Part shown: piece after piece, positions 40,501 to 53,180 of the stretch | How the letters are laid out: each line of letters starts with the position of its first letter | How positions within the stretch are numbered: the stretch's first letter is position 1 | Assembly: GCA_012295275.1 (NCBI GenBank) | Contig: CM022677.1 | Location: 12,586,001-12,650,000 of the forward strand | Direction: 5' to 3' | DNA from: Chrysomallon squamiferum | Taxonomy: Eukaryota > Animalia > Mollusca | Length of the DNA: 64,000 nt | Notes under the pieces: model-generated | The model's input: only the letters and a program-made list of their open reading frames with translations | What the model was told of the DNA's origin: nothing | Database searches by the model: none | Position numbers and translations under genes: made by a program

Positions 40501-43406
40501 TTGCTCAAATACTATTTTTTGTGCAACTAATCCATCATTTTTTTTTTAACATTCCAGTCACCCAAACAGAACTTTGGTAGCATTTGGTGACTGGCCATTA
40601 CAAGCACTGCATTCGTATGTAATGTACATATGTACTTAAACACAATACTATTATTTATTATTATAAAACATAATGATACCACTTACTTCAGAACAGTTCT
40701 CTGTTTTATTGACTTCCTCTGACTGTCTAGTATCAGTATCAGATGAATTTGTCATCTTCAGGTCTTTTTTGTCATAATTGCCTACAAAACCAGAAAGAGA
40801 TTTATTTTCAGCTCGCACAATTATGTTTGCAAAACAAGATTACTAATTTAGCAATTTTGGAATAAAGCTGGATTAGCCACAATTAACAAACTCAGAATGT
40901 TTCCAGCTTACAGTTTGTTGTATCTGTATTCACTGAGTATATTTCTCTTTCATTTCCTCTTTCATCTTGAACTTCTATAATGATCTAGCAGACTGTTTTG
41001 ACAGGCATTATATCTCATAAACAAAAACAAATTCATAAATAAAAATTAAAGAAAGGCATTTAATCCCAAATCTGCACTAATTACTTCTGCTAGTTAGATT
41101 CTTCAATGGAATGAAGGTCAGATCTATATTAATTTAAATGTTGATAAACATGAAGAGAAGTTTTGAATGCATGTATTTTAAAAAATAAATATATAAAATA
41201 AAGTAAATATTAAAAATTATATTAAAAATTAAATATAACTATTTTAGTTAGAGTGATGACAAATATGTCTAAAATAAAGATGAATGTGAATCACATAATT
41301 AAAGCTAAAGAAGAATTTTTCATTCAGAAACACCTTCAACAAAATTAATATAGATCTGCTTTTCTTTATGAACTGATTTCAAACATACCTGAAGATCATT
41401 CCTTAAGCCATGTAGTTCTTGGTTCAGTTTTTGTGAGTTAAAAATGAAACTGTTTTGATTACTCCTATGAGCTAAAAAGAAATAAAACAATGCTAATGGA
41501 AGTGTACTAAGTCACCTGCTGCTCAACTTCCAGGCTTTTGTCTTTGCCACTTTCACACACAGCAATCACAGTTGTCTGCCAAGTGGTTTCATTTTAATGT
41601 TTTTCTTTGCCTGGTTTTAGCATGTTCAAGTTTTTCAAGTTTTTTCTCCCTGATATTTGACTGTTGAGATTGGTGACTGGTGTAAGACTCACCAACTTAA
41701 GAATTGTTGTAGTCTGACATGGTCGGCTTCAATGTCCAGGTCACCAAAATTGAGCTCTTCATCAGCAGAACTTTCAACAACTCTGAGTCAGAGTCATATT
41801 GGTGGGTGACTGCCTAGTTTGAGGAAATAAATAAATAAATAAAATACTGTAAAAAATATAAAACAAATAAAATACTGCATTTATTGCAAGATTACATGCT
41901 ACTTTTATTGCCATCATTACTATAACAAAAATTTACTATTATTCCTTATTCAACTAGGGTTACTGTTATTAAAATAATACTCCTATTACTAAAATTACTA
42001 TCCATTAAGGATAAAAATTGATATTTTTACTGTCTTCACTATTAGTCCTATGCCTGTATTTCTTTATACTAATATTATTATAATTACTACAACAACAAAG
42101 AAAACCAAAAAAGAAAACCAGACCTAATATTATATGAATTATGTTGTTTAGGTAGTTATTAAGATTCATATATTTTAAAATTACCACCTGATTCATTATT
42201 TTACTTACAAAAATTGTGTTATTAAACCAGCCACGAAAATTGAGAGACTTGTGGTCAACATAAATATAGACAACAGCTACATTACATCCATCTCCAGTGT
42301 ATTTTAGTGACACTGTGCAAAGGCTGGCAGTTCCATCTGGTAACAGGAAAGTAAAATATTTTAAAATAATCTTCTTCTTTTAATGAGGTTTATATCAAAG
42401 GAAGTGTTGTGTATGTGTGATGTGTGTGTGTGTGTTTGTGAGAGAGAGAGAGAGAGAGAGAGATGCAGTTATTATACAAGATTCTAATGTATGTTACAAA
42501 CTCAAATTCACTGTTCAGTTTTGTTTCTCTCTTTTCCAGTGGCTGCAGTACAAACTTGTTCCTCAGTGCTGGACAGCACCTTCTACTGAAACAACTTCAC
42601 TAGCCATCAGAGCTGTATGAGCATTCTGAAGAAAAAAAATACAAATAAAATAATAAAAATAATAAATGTTATAAATAAATAACTAATGCTTCTGTTATTA
42701 TTAAAATTTAAATTTTAGTGGTACCAGTTACAGGATTATTCAGACAAAAACAGGTGTGGGATATTTTTGATATATTTTGTATAATCATTATAATGATAAT
42801 GATGGTAATATTAATAATTTAAATAATTAACAAAACAATAGAAAATAAATGATTATCGTTATGCTATTATTTTACAATCACTAAAGAGATGTTACTATAA
42901 AACTTATTTTACTTGCTGAGAAATAAAACTAAGATAAAAACTTACTGCTTGGAATTGTGCAGTCTGCAGTGTCTGTACAGCTGATTCATCCTTCTCCATA
43001 ATGTAAATTCCCTTTCTAGACAGCAACTGAACAATACTGCCATGACCTACACAAAATATTTAACATCAATGGTAAACAAACTTTTGGTAATTCCAACATG
43101 AACATGATACTTTATTATCTTTTTTTTATGATAAATGGTATTTTTTGGCAATATTATCATTCATGCAATATTTCTCCATCTCTCTCTCACACACACACAC
43201 AAACCATCCAAAAACATACCCTGCCACTGTTGAGAGGTTTCTGAAAACATTCTAACACAGGCCTGACATTACCTGACACCAGACCGTTGCTTGGATGATG
43301 TTTCGTTACTCTCTTGTATCCCTTCTCTGGAAAATGGCCTGGATTTGTGTGATGCTGATGCAGGGTCTCTGCATTTCATGATGCACTGGCATAGATGAGA
43401 ACAGCC
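37503..43406 (-). pseudogene. Series of decayed exon-like blocks of an unidentified multi-exon gene downstream of the hAT-like transposase
   Basis: AG/GT-bounded purine-rich blocks at ~43406-43273, 43047-42946 (GHGSIVQLLSRKGIYIMEKD, weakly ankyrin-like), ~41815-41516, ~40783-40688, ~38638-38609, ~38138-38030 and ~37632-37503 (DILEQTAAKSPGELMYLVLYS). The frames are broken and the identity is unknown. Confidence 0.4.
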
Positions 43407-43559
43407 TAACAGAACAAATCAGGAAAATATTTTTATAAAACTTAGGGAACCACTAAGCGGTTGCTGGTGGGTTGATTTTTTATTTTTTAAATCAGTTTTT
43501 GAGTTGTTTAGCAGCTCTGTGCACCAAGGTTGTTTTACCACCTACACTTCTGTTCACTT

Positions 43560-45430
43560 GTTTTGCCTTGTGATTCAACTTGAGCCTTTTGGCTTTTTGT
43601 TCAATCTCCAGCTTAGCTTGTTTTTTCTTGTACATAGCAACAGCAGTTTTAGTGTAAACCATACTCTGGTCTACAGGAGTTCTGAGGATGTCATCGCAAT
43701 GGAATGCCTGGAAGAAAGATCATATCAGACACTCTGCATTGCAGAGTAGCTGGCCATTTCTAAAAGGGTTTGACTTCTTTTTGACAATGTCATTCATCTG
43801 ACTGAACGATTGTTCAATATGGGGTCCTGTAAAAATGCTTAGACATGCCTTGACTACTTTAGAGGAGACTGTAAGTGCTTTCTTCTCTGTTTCCATGAAT
43901 TCAACAGCCTCCTTTCTTTGGATAGGTTTCTTCTTCACTTCATCCACAATGGACTGTGTGGCTGATCCAGTGAATATGGACTGGATGGGAAGGTGATTCG
44001 CCTCATCTTCTGCATCAGTTCTCTTCAACTGTTTGAAATTAGTATCTCTGAGGACCTCAGGAAACATGCTAAGAAACATGCTTCAGGAAACATGCTAAGA
44101 AGTGATGGAAGAGGTCAACCATCTCATCATCTATGTATCATCCGTTGCTTTAGTTCAAACATGAGGATCATAGATTTGAACCTGGGAAGTAGGGCTGAGT
44201 ATAAATTTAAGTTCACATTTGTTCATATTTACAGAGTACCCTGGTCACAATTCTTTCCTTGTGGCTTTTTCCAACCTGTTTCAGGTTCTTCTGCTTCATA
44301 TTGTTTATGATGCTATAGATCCTTTCATGGAGACTTTTGAAAGGAGTTTTGCAACAACTGGGGTGTAAGCAAGTTTCAGACCACCACTGGCAGGTACTCA
44401 GTCAAAACAGATGAGTCGGAATGCATTCAGCATTGGCAAGTTCTTTGTCAGCACGTCATATACACATAGCCACTGATGTGCAACTTATTCGGCAAGCATT
44501 GTGTAGCTTATTCCAAGAATGAAGAATACCTCTTGGAATGACTCACGTATATCTGGGCTCCACTTAAAATCCATGTGCAAGTCATTCAACTACATGCCCA
44601 AGATGCACACAGAATTTCTGAACACTGTTGTGTATGTGGTGACAGATATCACCAACAATGTCACACAGATCGGGAACCTTTTCTCTCAACAGGGTTTCAA
44701 TTCCGGCAAGTTTTCCTCTCATATAATTTGTAGAATGTGACAAATTGGTTATTAGGTTTGTTAGTGGAATTTGGTACCTCTCAAAAGTTTTCAAGACAAA
44801 ATCCAGAAGTTTCTGGGAATTCACAACTGTCATGTCTTCAGACTCGAAGTGTTTGACTACAGCCTTTTGCTGTGACTCAGAGAAGTAGCTAAATAATGTG
44901 GAGAGCACCGTTTTGTTGTTGTCCATGTTCATGGAAAAGAAACTTTGTTTCAAGTCCTTCGGTAGCCTCTTGTGAGACAAAGTACCAAGTCCTGTCATGC
45001 ATCTTATAAGAAGCAGTGGTGCGATGCATGCATGATAGGGCATCCATTGCCTTTTTACCTCTAGCAATTTCCTTAGCATATTCTATGATTTTAGGGACCA
45101 TGCTCAGTGGCAGGGAATTCTGAGTAAATGACAACGTAAAGGCCTCCAGGTGAGCTTTCCAATCAGTTACACTGACCAAAGGTGCAGGCCTTGGCAGCAC
45201 AGGATTTGAAACTGACTTACCACTGCCACAGTTCTGGGGAGCACCATATGGAATTGCAGCAGTTTCCTGCCAAACATGAATGTCAATGTCCATATCACCA
45301 TCTTCCATTGCCTGTGTCAATGTGGAATGTGAGGAGTGTCCTGCCTGGCATTCTGAATGTCAATATGCTCCGTTTATTTGTGTGTGCTTTAGGTTGGCTT
45401 TGCCACTGCTCAACATAACTCAGACCTCGT
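43560..45430 (-). mobile_element. Degenerate hAT-like DNA transposase
   Basis: Frameshifted ORFs 44889-45320, 44582-45079 and 43720-44079 give: MHRTTASYKM, FFSMNMD (first catalytic Asp region), LITNLSHSTNYMRGKLAGIETLLREKVPDLCDIVGDICHHIHNSVQKFC (second Asp position decayed, plus the hAT CxxH motif) and KACLSIFTGPHIEQSFSQMNDIV (C-terminal Glu/dimerisation-like motif). Termini were not identified. Confidence 0.75.
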
Positions 45431-45671
45431 ACATTCATAGGTTTATACTGTATGAATTTAATATATATATATATATATATGTTTGATGAAACAAATAATG
45501 TCTGCCAGGTATATTATCCATAGATACAGAGGTAAATAGTTTTGGATGTCTTAGTATTAGTCATATTATCTGCATAAGACACCTGCTTCAAAAAAGAATC
45601 ATTTTAGTAATGTTTTGTGCATGGAGATTGTACAGTGTATTAATATCTTTTGTGTTTATCGTGTGTAATTA

Positions 45672-45708
<37 letters not shown>

Positions 45709-48652
45709 AATATTTATTATAACAAATAATTTTATTAATATTTTACTGTATCTGCATATCAAAATAACCTGGTCATATTTTTTTTTAATATTTATTGAAA
45801 TTTATTAGTTTTTAATGTTTACATAGAGTTATACAGTTATTTAGCTTTAATGATATGAAAGCATTTAGGGCCCCACCTATTACAACCTTTAATATGGTTA
45901 AAAAATAATTTAAATATGTTTAATAATACAGAGAGCAAGTCAGAGATTTAAAAATACTAAATTATAAATAACCTGGCAGAAAACAACTTGTCAAAGAAAA
46001 TTAGTATTTTTAATTGTTTTATTAGTCATGGTTTCTAGCTTATATTATGTTGTTTATGCTGTTCACATTAGTACAATCACTGGTGAATTTTATTTATAAT
46101 TGAGAGTCGTTATTTGAAAAAATAAAAAAATAAAAAAATAAATAATTATTGTTCCAGAATAAGATGGCTGCCATCATGCGGCTATGACTTTTAAATTATA
46201 AATAAATAAAACCAAAAAAATCCAAACACATTAACAACAATAATAATAAATAGTAATACCTGTCTCCTCAATTCTGAAATTCTTCCAACGTTAAAGACCG
46301 TCAATCATCCCGCATTTTTACGAAACTAATACAGTGGAAAAAAAAAAAAAATGTTCAAATGTTAAAGGAACAAAATAACCTTTATCAAATATATGTTTCG
46401 ATATGGTTCTTTTTTTTTTTTTTGCAATTATTTTTCTTTGTTGGTTGATAATGCTCATCCGGCATTTTTCTGCAAAAAAAAAAAAAAAAAAAAAAAAAGT
46501 TTAAAACAAATAAAATAAATAAAGGAACATAAACCTTTATTAACATATACGTACTAATTATAAATCGATATGGTTCTTTTTTCAAATAAACGGTGTTGTT
46601 ATTTTTTTGTTCACCCTATTATTTCTTTCTTCTTCTTAATCTATTTTAATGCACCACGTAAAATCACAAAGCTTAGAACTCACACTACAATTAGTTGCTA
46701 ATTATTGTCCAGGAATTTACCAACGTTTGATATAGGTCTGAAAACATTGTCTGAAAAAAAAAAAAATTAAATAAAATATTATAAAAATTAACAACTATGG
46801 CAACTCAGAGAGATTGGAAATAAATAATCATTTTCCTTTGTTTTATCTGCATTGCATTTTAAACTGTGTAGTCTGTGTAAGATATCGCATGTATATAAAC
46901 TGAGTATGCATTAAAACAACAAATAATCCCATCAAACAATTCATAATGGCACTACATTTAAAGTTTATTTCTCTTATAACAAAAATGTGTGTGTACGTGT
47001 GTGTGTGTATGTGTGCGATCAATGTTTGAACCTATTCTGACATCTATTATTAATAACAAAGTAGAAACTAATCAAATGAAGGGTGTATTCACCTTTTCGG
47101 GTGTCTTTTCCTGGAGTGCTGAAATGTTAAATAAAAACATATGAAAGTAAATATGTTTTAATATATTTCTGAAATTTCCATCGTTACCACATAACATTTC
47201 TTTTGATTATTAATATTAGTGTGTGTGTTTGTGTGTGTGTGTGTGTGTGGGTTTGAACTGTATTAAGGAGTGATTAATGTGAATCAAGTGAAAAGTGACA
47301 CAACGTAATGCAATAATCAGTCAAGACAAATACATTTATGTTGTTAAATGTCTAAGTACATGAAGATTAACAATGATAACATATTTTATTACAGTATATG
47401 TCTACTGTGTTAGCTCTGTAAAGATAAACACTTTAAAACAAGGGTAAATAAATAAATAATAATAACAACAATAAAATAATAAAAACGACACCCACACAAA
47501 CATATACCTAAACTAACATTTATTTTTATAAATACAACAGGAAAGTAAAAAAGATATGTACTTAAGTAAGAAAAAAGAGAGTTCCGTGTGTCTGACTCAG
47601 GGTTGGATTTAATGTGTTTGTCGCCCATAGGCTAAAGAAAGTTTACCGCCCCCTCCTCAAGGCTCAAGTCACCCTCAGCCTTCCCACTTAGTTTATATAA
47701 TATGAATTGTTATATGACTGGCTTATGATCTAGTTGAAAGCAAAAACATGGTTTTACATTTACATAATGATTTATTTATAAATCTAATGTGAAAATACGA
47801 GTTTATTGCGCTTTTCAGCCATTGACCTCAATGTAAAAATGACGAAACCGTTTTCAACTAAAGATTTCCAGTGACGTAGAAAGATCGGCGGGAAATATAA
47901 ATATGTCGACTAAACAGACATATCTCAGATCTATCTTGAGAAAAGGTCAAACCGAGCGTTGGGCCTATAATTCCCACAAATATCTGTAACTACCGTCAAT
48001 GTTTTCACACACACACACTCACGCACAGTCATACACAGAGTCGGTTTTAAGCCAATATATATGTATATATATATCATGATCATAATCAGGTTAATGTGAA
48101 AAAGTAGTACAATAATTCTTCTAGTACTTCAAATAGTATATTATTTGTTTTAAGAGACAACTCTAGGTCTTATTTAAGAAGCTTTCCAAGACAACTTAGA
48201 AATGTAATATGTGTAATTATCAGCATAATTTTTAATCAACATTATATTATGTATACATAAACTCATTTTATAAAATATGAATTAACGTTATTTTCCTTGT
48301 GAAATTAGGCGGGCCACTCAGAAATCCGCGATTGAAAAAGACTGAAAGGATTAAATGAGTAAACACGCAAAAGAAAATGTAAAACAAGATACAGAATAAA
48401 AAAATGATATATAGAAGCGACAGAATGAAACAAAGCAAATATAATTAGATTGAAAGAACGAAAGCATAAAAGAACGAGAGACAGAATTAAATATGATAAT
48501 AAATAAATAAAATAAAATAAAATAAAATATGATCGACTGCTTGGAGAAAAAGTATTTCAAACGTCATGGGCATGTAATTTATTAATTTTTGATCAGGTTG
48601 ACTGAACTCATTGTATTTATTTGTTTAACTTTCTTTTCTTCTTTTTGGTTTC

Positions 48653-48655
<3 letters not shown>

Positions 48656-48729
<74 letters not shown>

Positions 48730-48863
48730 GCACTGTTTATTATAAACTTAGCTCGCTTTGCTGGTACAGGGAAATATGTTCACGAATGAAGAGCTATCAA
48801 ACATGTGTGCACATACACATGTACACACACACACACGAACACACATTCACACACACATACACA

Positions 48864-48955
<92 letters not shown>

Positions 48956-48975
48956 TTCACACACACATACACACA
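48656..48975. repeat. (CT)n and (CA)n microsatellites
   Basis: (CT)n at ~48656-48727 and (CA)n with variants at ~48823-48975. These explain the SLSL / THTH / VCVC ORFs. Confidence 0.95.
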
Positions 48976-49319
48976 GAGGGATTTGTGGTTTATCTTTAAA
49001 AAAAAACAACCGCGCGGTCACCATTAACAGTCGACATCCGAATAAACCATAATTTACAATGGAGAAACAACAGCAACGATACTAACAACAACTACAACAT
49101 AAACTAGTTCTGGATAAATCGCTAGATCTGATTTCACAAATAAAATATTTAAAACGGAGGACAAACGAAGAAACAAAGGCATATAAATATTAATTAATAT
49201 TTTTTAGATACTTCAGTGCCTGTTTGACCATCTGCTTCAAAGCATGCACGCACAAAAACACGCGCGCTCACAGACACACAGACACACACACACGCACACA
49301 CACAGAAATATGTATGCAC

Positions 49320-49418
49320 CAGAGCTGTAACGATTACCACGATACAGAATCGTATTGTGATACAAAGGCCCCGATACGATACATCGATTCGGGAAGGATG
49401 TATCCCGATACAATATGA
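49320..49418 (+). mobile_element. Probable terminus of a non-autonomous hAT(Ac)-type element
   Basis: cagagctgtaacgatta is followed by clustered (c)gatac / gtatc subterminal motifs, resembling TAGGGCTGTAACGAT-type ends. No partner end was found. Confidence 0.35.
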
Positions 49419-49792
49419 CATTTTAATAATTTTTGGTGTGGAGTTGATGAAGATATTTACATACAATGAAAACGTAACATCCACGTTTCGCCGCTGTAAT
49501 TCCCGAACATTCAGGTTCCTATTAACAGTCCTCGAGGTTGCTGTCGTCACGTAACCTGAACACATCATCTCATGGCATGGAGGACAAGAGCACATTTATT
49601 TATTTTTTAAATATTTTTCATGAAATTTACTTTTTAGAAAGATTAATATGTTCCATTATACACGAAATCGGTTGATTTATTATCTCAGAATAACCTAATA
49701 TATATTTTATAACAGTCCCGTAGGACTCTTTTTTCTTTCTACAGTTTAAAATGCGGCGGCTCTCTCAGTTTTGCCTTCAGTGAATTAAATAT

Positions 49793-49851
<59 letters not shown>

Positions 49852-51921
49852 TGATTAATTGTTGTTGCTGTTGTTGTTGTTGTTATTATTACTATTATTA
49901 TTTTATTTTATTTATTTATTTTTCTTTCTATATTTATTTTTCTTTATTTTATTATTCTTTTTTCTTTTTTGTACATTTTATTTAACATATGTTACGTTTG
50001 AACGTTAGATGCATTTTTAAAAGTAATTACAGTAGTATTACTGAATTTTAACGTGGATAAAACGTCATAGGCTGCCACTTTTAAAAAAGAAAAGAAAAAA
50101 CTGAGATGTGCCTAACAAGTCTCAATAGCAAAGCATAACTTTCTTCACACATGTATCTTGTTTTTCAGTGTAAAGTATTTTAAATATTTAGTGGTAAAAC
50201 GTTAAAAAGATGTTTAATCTGAAACTATATATGTATACAAATATGTGTGTATGTATGTATGTATGTATGTACGTATGTATGTATGTATGTATTATGTATG
50301 TATATATGCATATGTGTGTATGTGTATGTTTGTTAATTGAAAGAAGTACAAGATCTTGTAATAGAAACAAATCAGACGTCATATTGGATGTTAATGATTC
50401 ATTTTGTGTTTGATTGTACCGAGCATTCAGTTATGTGTGTTCTATTTTTATTTATTTACTTATTTTTGTGACAGACTCTTGTAGATGCCCATATATTTTG
50501 CATATTGCTTCGTTTAGTTTTCATTTTACGTTTAAAATTAAAATAATTTAACAATATAAAAAAAACACGGGTATTTTGTTTTTATTCTACTTTATTTTTT
50601 CTTTTTTTTTTTTTTTTTTTTTTTTTGTTTTCTTATTTTTCTTAGTAGTATTTTAAGTACAAAATAAGAACGTTTAAGGGGTTTTAAAAAATATTCGGTG
50701 TGTGTTTTCTCTCCTTAACTTTCAAATCTGGCTACGCCTCTGATGGGTGCTGAGGATATAAAATAGACTTAAGTTTACAATCTTCATGTTCATAACTTGA
50801 CAAACCGTATATACGTTTTACTAAGGCAAATACTGATTACACTATTTCTAAGATACATAATTACACGCCAGTCCTGATAGAATTAGTTCGTGAAAACAAC
50901 GAATGATGCTGCCCTGTTGAAATAAAAATGCAAGAACAAATTCACGTAATTTGTATTATTATTATTTTTTTTTTATACGCCTTTACTGAACATTAACTTA
51001 AACAAATACAATGAAACAAATAAAAGACCGGAAGCACACTTTCAATCGTTTGGGTTGTCAGATATTGTGCAAAATAAACTGACGTCGAAATATTAAAATT
51101 CTCTGGTTGTCGTTCCTGACTAATAACAAGATAAGAAGATGCCTGAACAAGTTTGTAACATGAAAAATAATAAGAGAAACCAATAATAATTGTCTTTGGA
51201 AAGTGAAATGTAGACGCCAACTTGAGCATGGTATAATATCTAAGTTTATATATTTTATCCACGTTAACTGAATTCTTAGCAGAGATATTGGACATTACCG
51301 ATATCGAAACAATTTATTATGTCTAGTATAAATATAAAGATTTAAACTCAGTAAAAACTTAGATTGTTTACAATATTATCATATATGGATATAGAAAATA
51401 ATATAACATATCGATTCGGTCTGTGTTATGAAAGGTGGTAGTAAATTTATTTGGAAGAAAAATAAAATATATAAATTCAACAACTTATGTTTAATATTAC
51501 AATTATTTTATATTTGACTATTGAGCCTCAAAAGTGTTTACACTGTTGTTGTTTCTTCAATTGACTGTCATTAGCCGTTTAATATAGTTGTTGTTGTTTT
51601 TGTTGTGGTTGTTGTCAAACATAAAGAAGAACGCAGATTACCTTATCTATATTTCAGTAACAGTTTTTAAAATAATTTTTAATTATTATTATTATAATGG
51701 TAAGAGGTTAATATGCTCTTATCTGTCTAATTATACTGATAATTAATCCTCTCATTATTAATATATTCTGCTGTATAGCAAATAATTATATTGTCAATAT
51801 CTCACTAATTAAAACTGCATAACCCCGTTCAAATAAAGTAAATAAAGAAAACAGTCTCATTATCATTCGTATAAACTTTACCACGTATTATACAAAATAA
51901 TAATATAATAATGATAATACC

Positions 51922-51955
<34 letters not shown>

Positions 51956-52369
51956 CGCCGTCATTACCATCGGTGTACTTCTTATTTGTTTGCTTTTTAT
52001 TAACTATTATTCGTACTTTTTTAGTGTTCAGAGGCATTATTACAATTTCTATTAATATCACCATCATAACGGCTTTGTTCCTAGCTTTTTTGGAGTAATT
52101 ATAATTTTTCTTTAGCGCTTTTTATTAATTATTCCTCATACTTTCTGAGTCGGCGCATCACCTATTAAAATATATTATTGTAAGTTCTATTGATGTCGCC
52201 GTCGTTGACGTCGTAACGGCTTGTTACTAACGTTATTACAGAACTCCTCATTATTCCTTTTCTTTTTTTATTCACTGTCATTCTATATGAAAATATATTA
52301 TTATTGTTTATTAATGTCGTCGTCACTACCGTCGTAACAGTAACGTTTGCTTAAGAATTAAGGTTGCGG

Positions 52370-53180
52370 AATTGGGCAGGATTAGGTTCAGAAGTTGGGC
52401 TAGGGTTCGGGTTTGGGTTGTTTAAAGTTTATTACGATTATTATAATAGAGTTAGTACTAGTGTTCCCTTTAGAATTAAGTTTAACGACTTCGTTAGGGT
52501 TATATTTAGATCCCGGAAGCACGGGCTGTCAGACAGCTTGTGAAGGTACCAGAACCAAGTTAAAACGTTTAGAGAAAGCACTATGGTGGATGGACGTAGG
52601 GCTAGAAGTTGGGCTAGGATTAGGGTTAGGGCTAGGGTTAGAGTTATGGTTAGTGTTAGGGTGAGGATTATTTAAAGTATATTATGTGTCTTATGATAAT
52701 CTGCAAACTGTTTTATTATCAGCGTTAGTACTAGTGTTAGAATTAGAATTAAGTTTAACGAGTTCGTTAGGTCTAGGTTTAGAGTTAGCGCTAGAGTCTT
52801 AGGTAGGGTTAGGGTTATGGTTAATATTATTATTAGTTTTAGGATTAGGATGAGGCTTAGAGATGGTGTTAGCATCAGAATTAAGTTCAGTCCCTTTGTT
52901 TGCGTTACGTTTAGGATTAGTGTTAGGGTTAGGGCTTAGGGTTAGGGTTTGAGTTAGGGGTTGGGTTAGGGGTAGGGTTAGGGTCAGGAATATTTAACTT
53001 TTGTTATCAGTGATACGATAATTGCAAAATAATTATAAAGTCACCATTAGGAGCAGCATTAACGTACGAATCCAACTTGGGAAGGATTAGGTTTAGAAGT
53101 TGTGCTAGGGTTAGGCTTAGGGGTAGGGATTGCGGTAGGAGTAGGGTTAGGGGTAGGGATTGGCTTAGAGGTAGGGTTAC
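52370..53180 (+). repeat. Degenerate interstitial TTAGGG-like repeat blocks
   Basis: ttagggttagggctagggttag at ~52620, ttagggttagggcttagggttaggg at ~52923, and further blocks at ~52380 and ~53090-53180. They are interleaved with a repeated spacer (ttagtactagtgtt...agaattaagtttaacga). Confidence 0.8.

Noticed and set aside
48589-49052. ORFs with SLSL, THTH and VCVC runs (also the poly-L/Y/I ORFs at 7648, 9713 and 9894)
   Set aside because: They are microsatellite translations.
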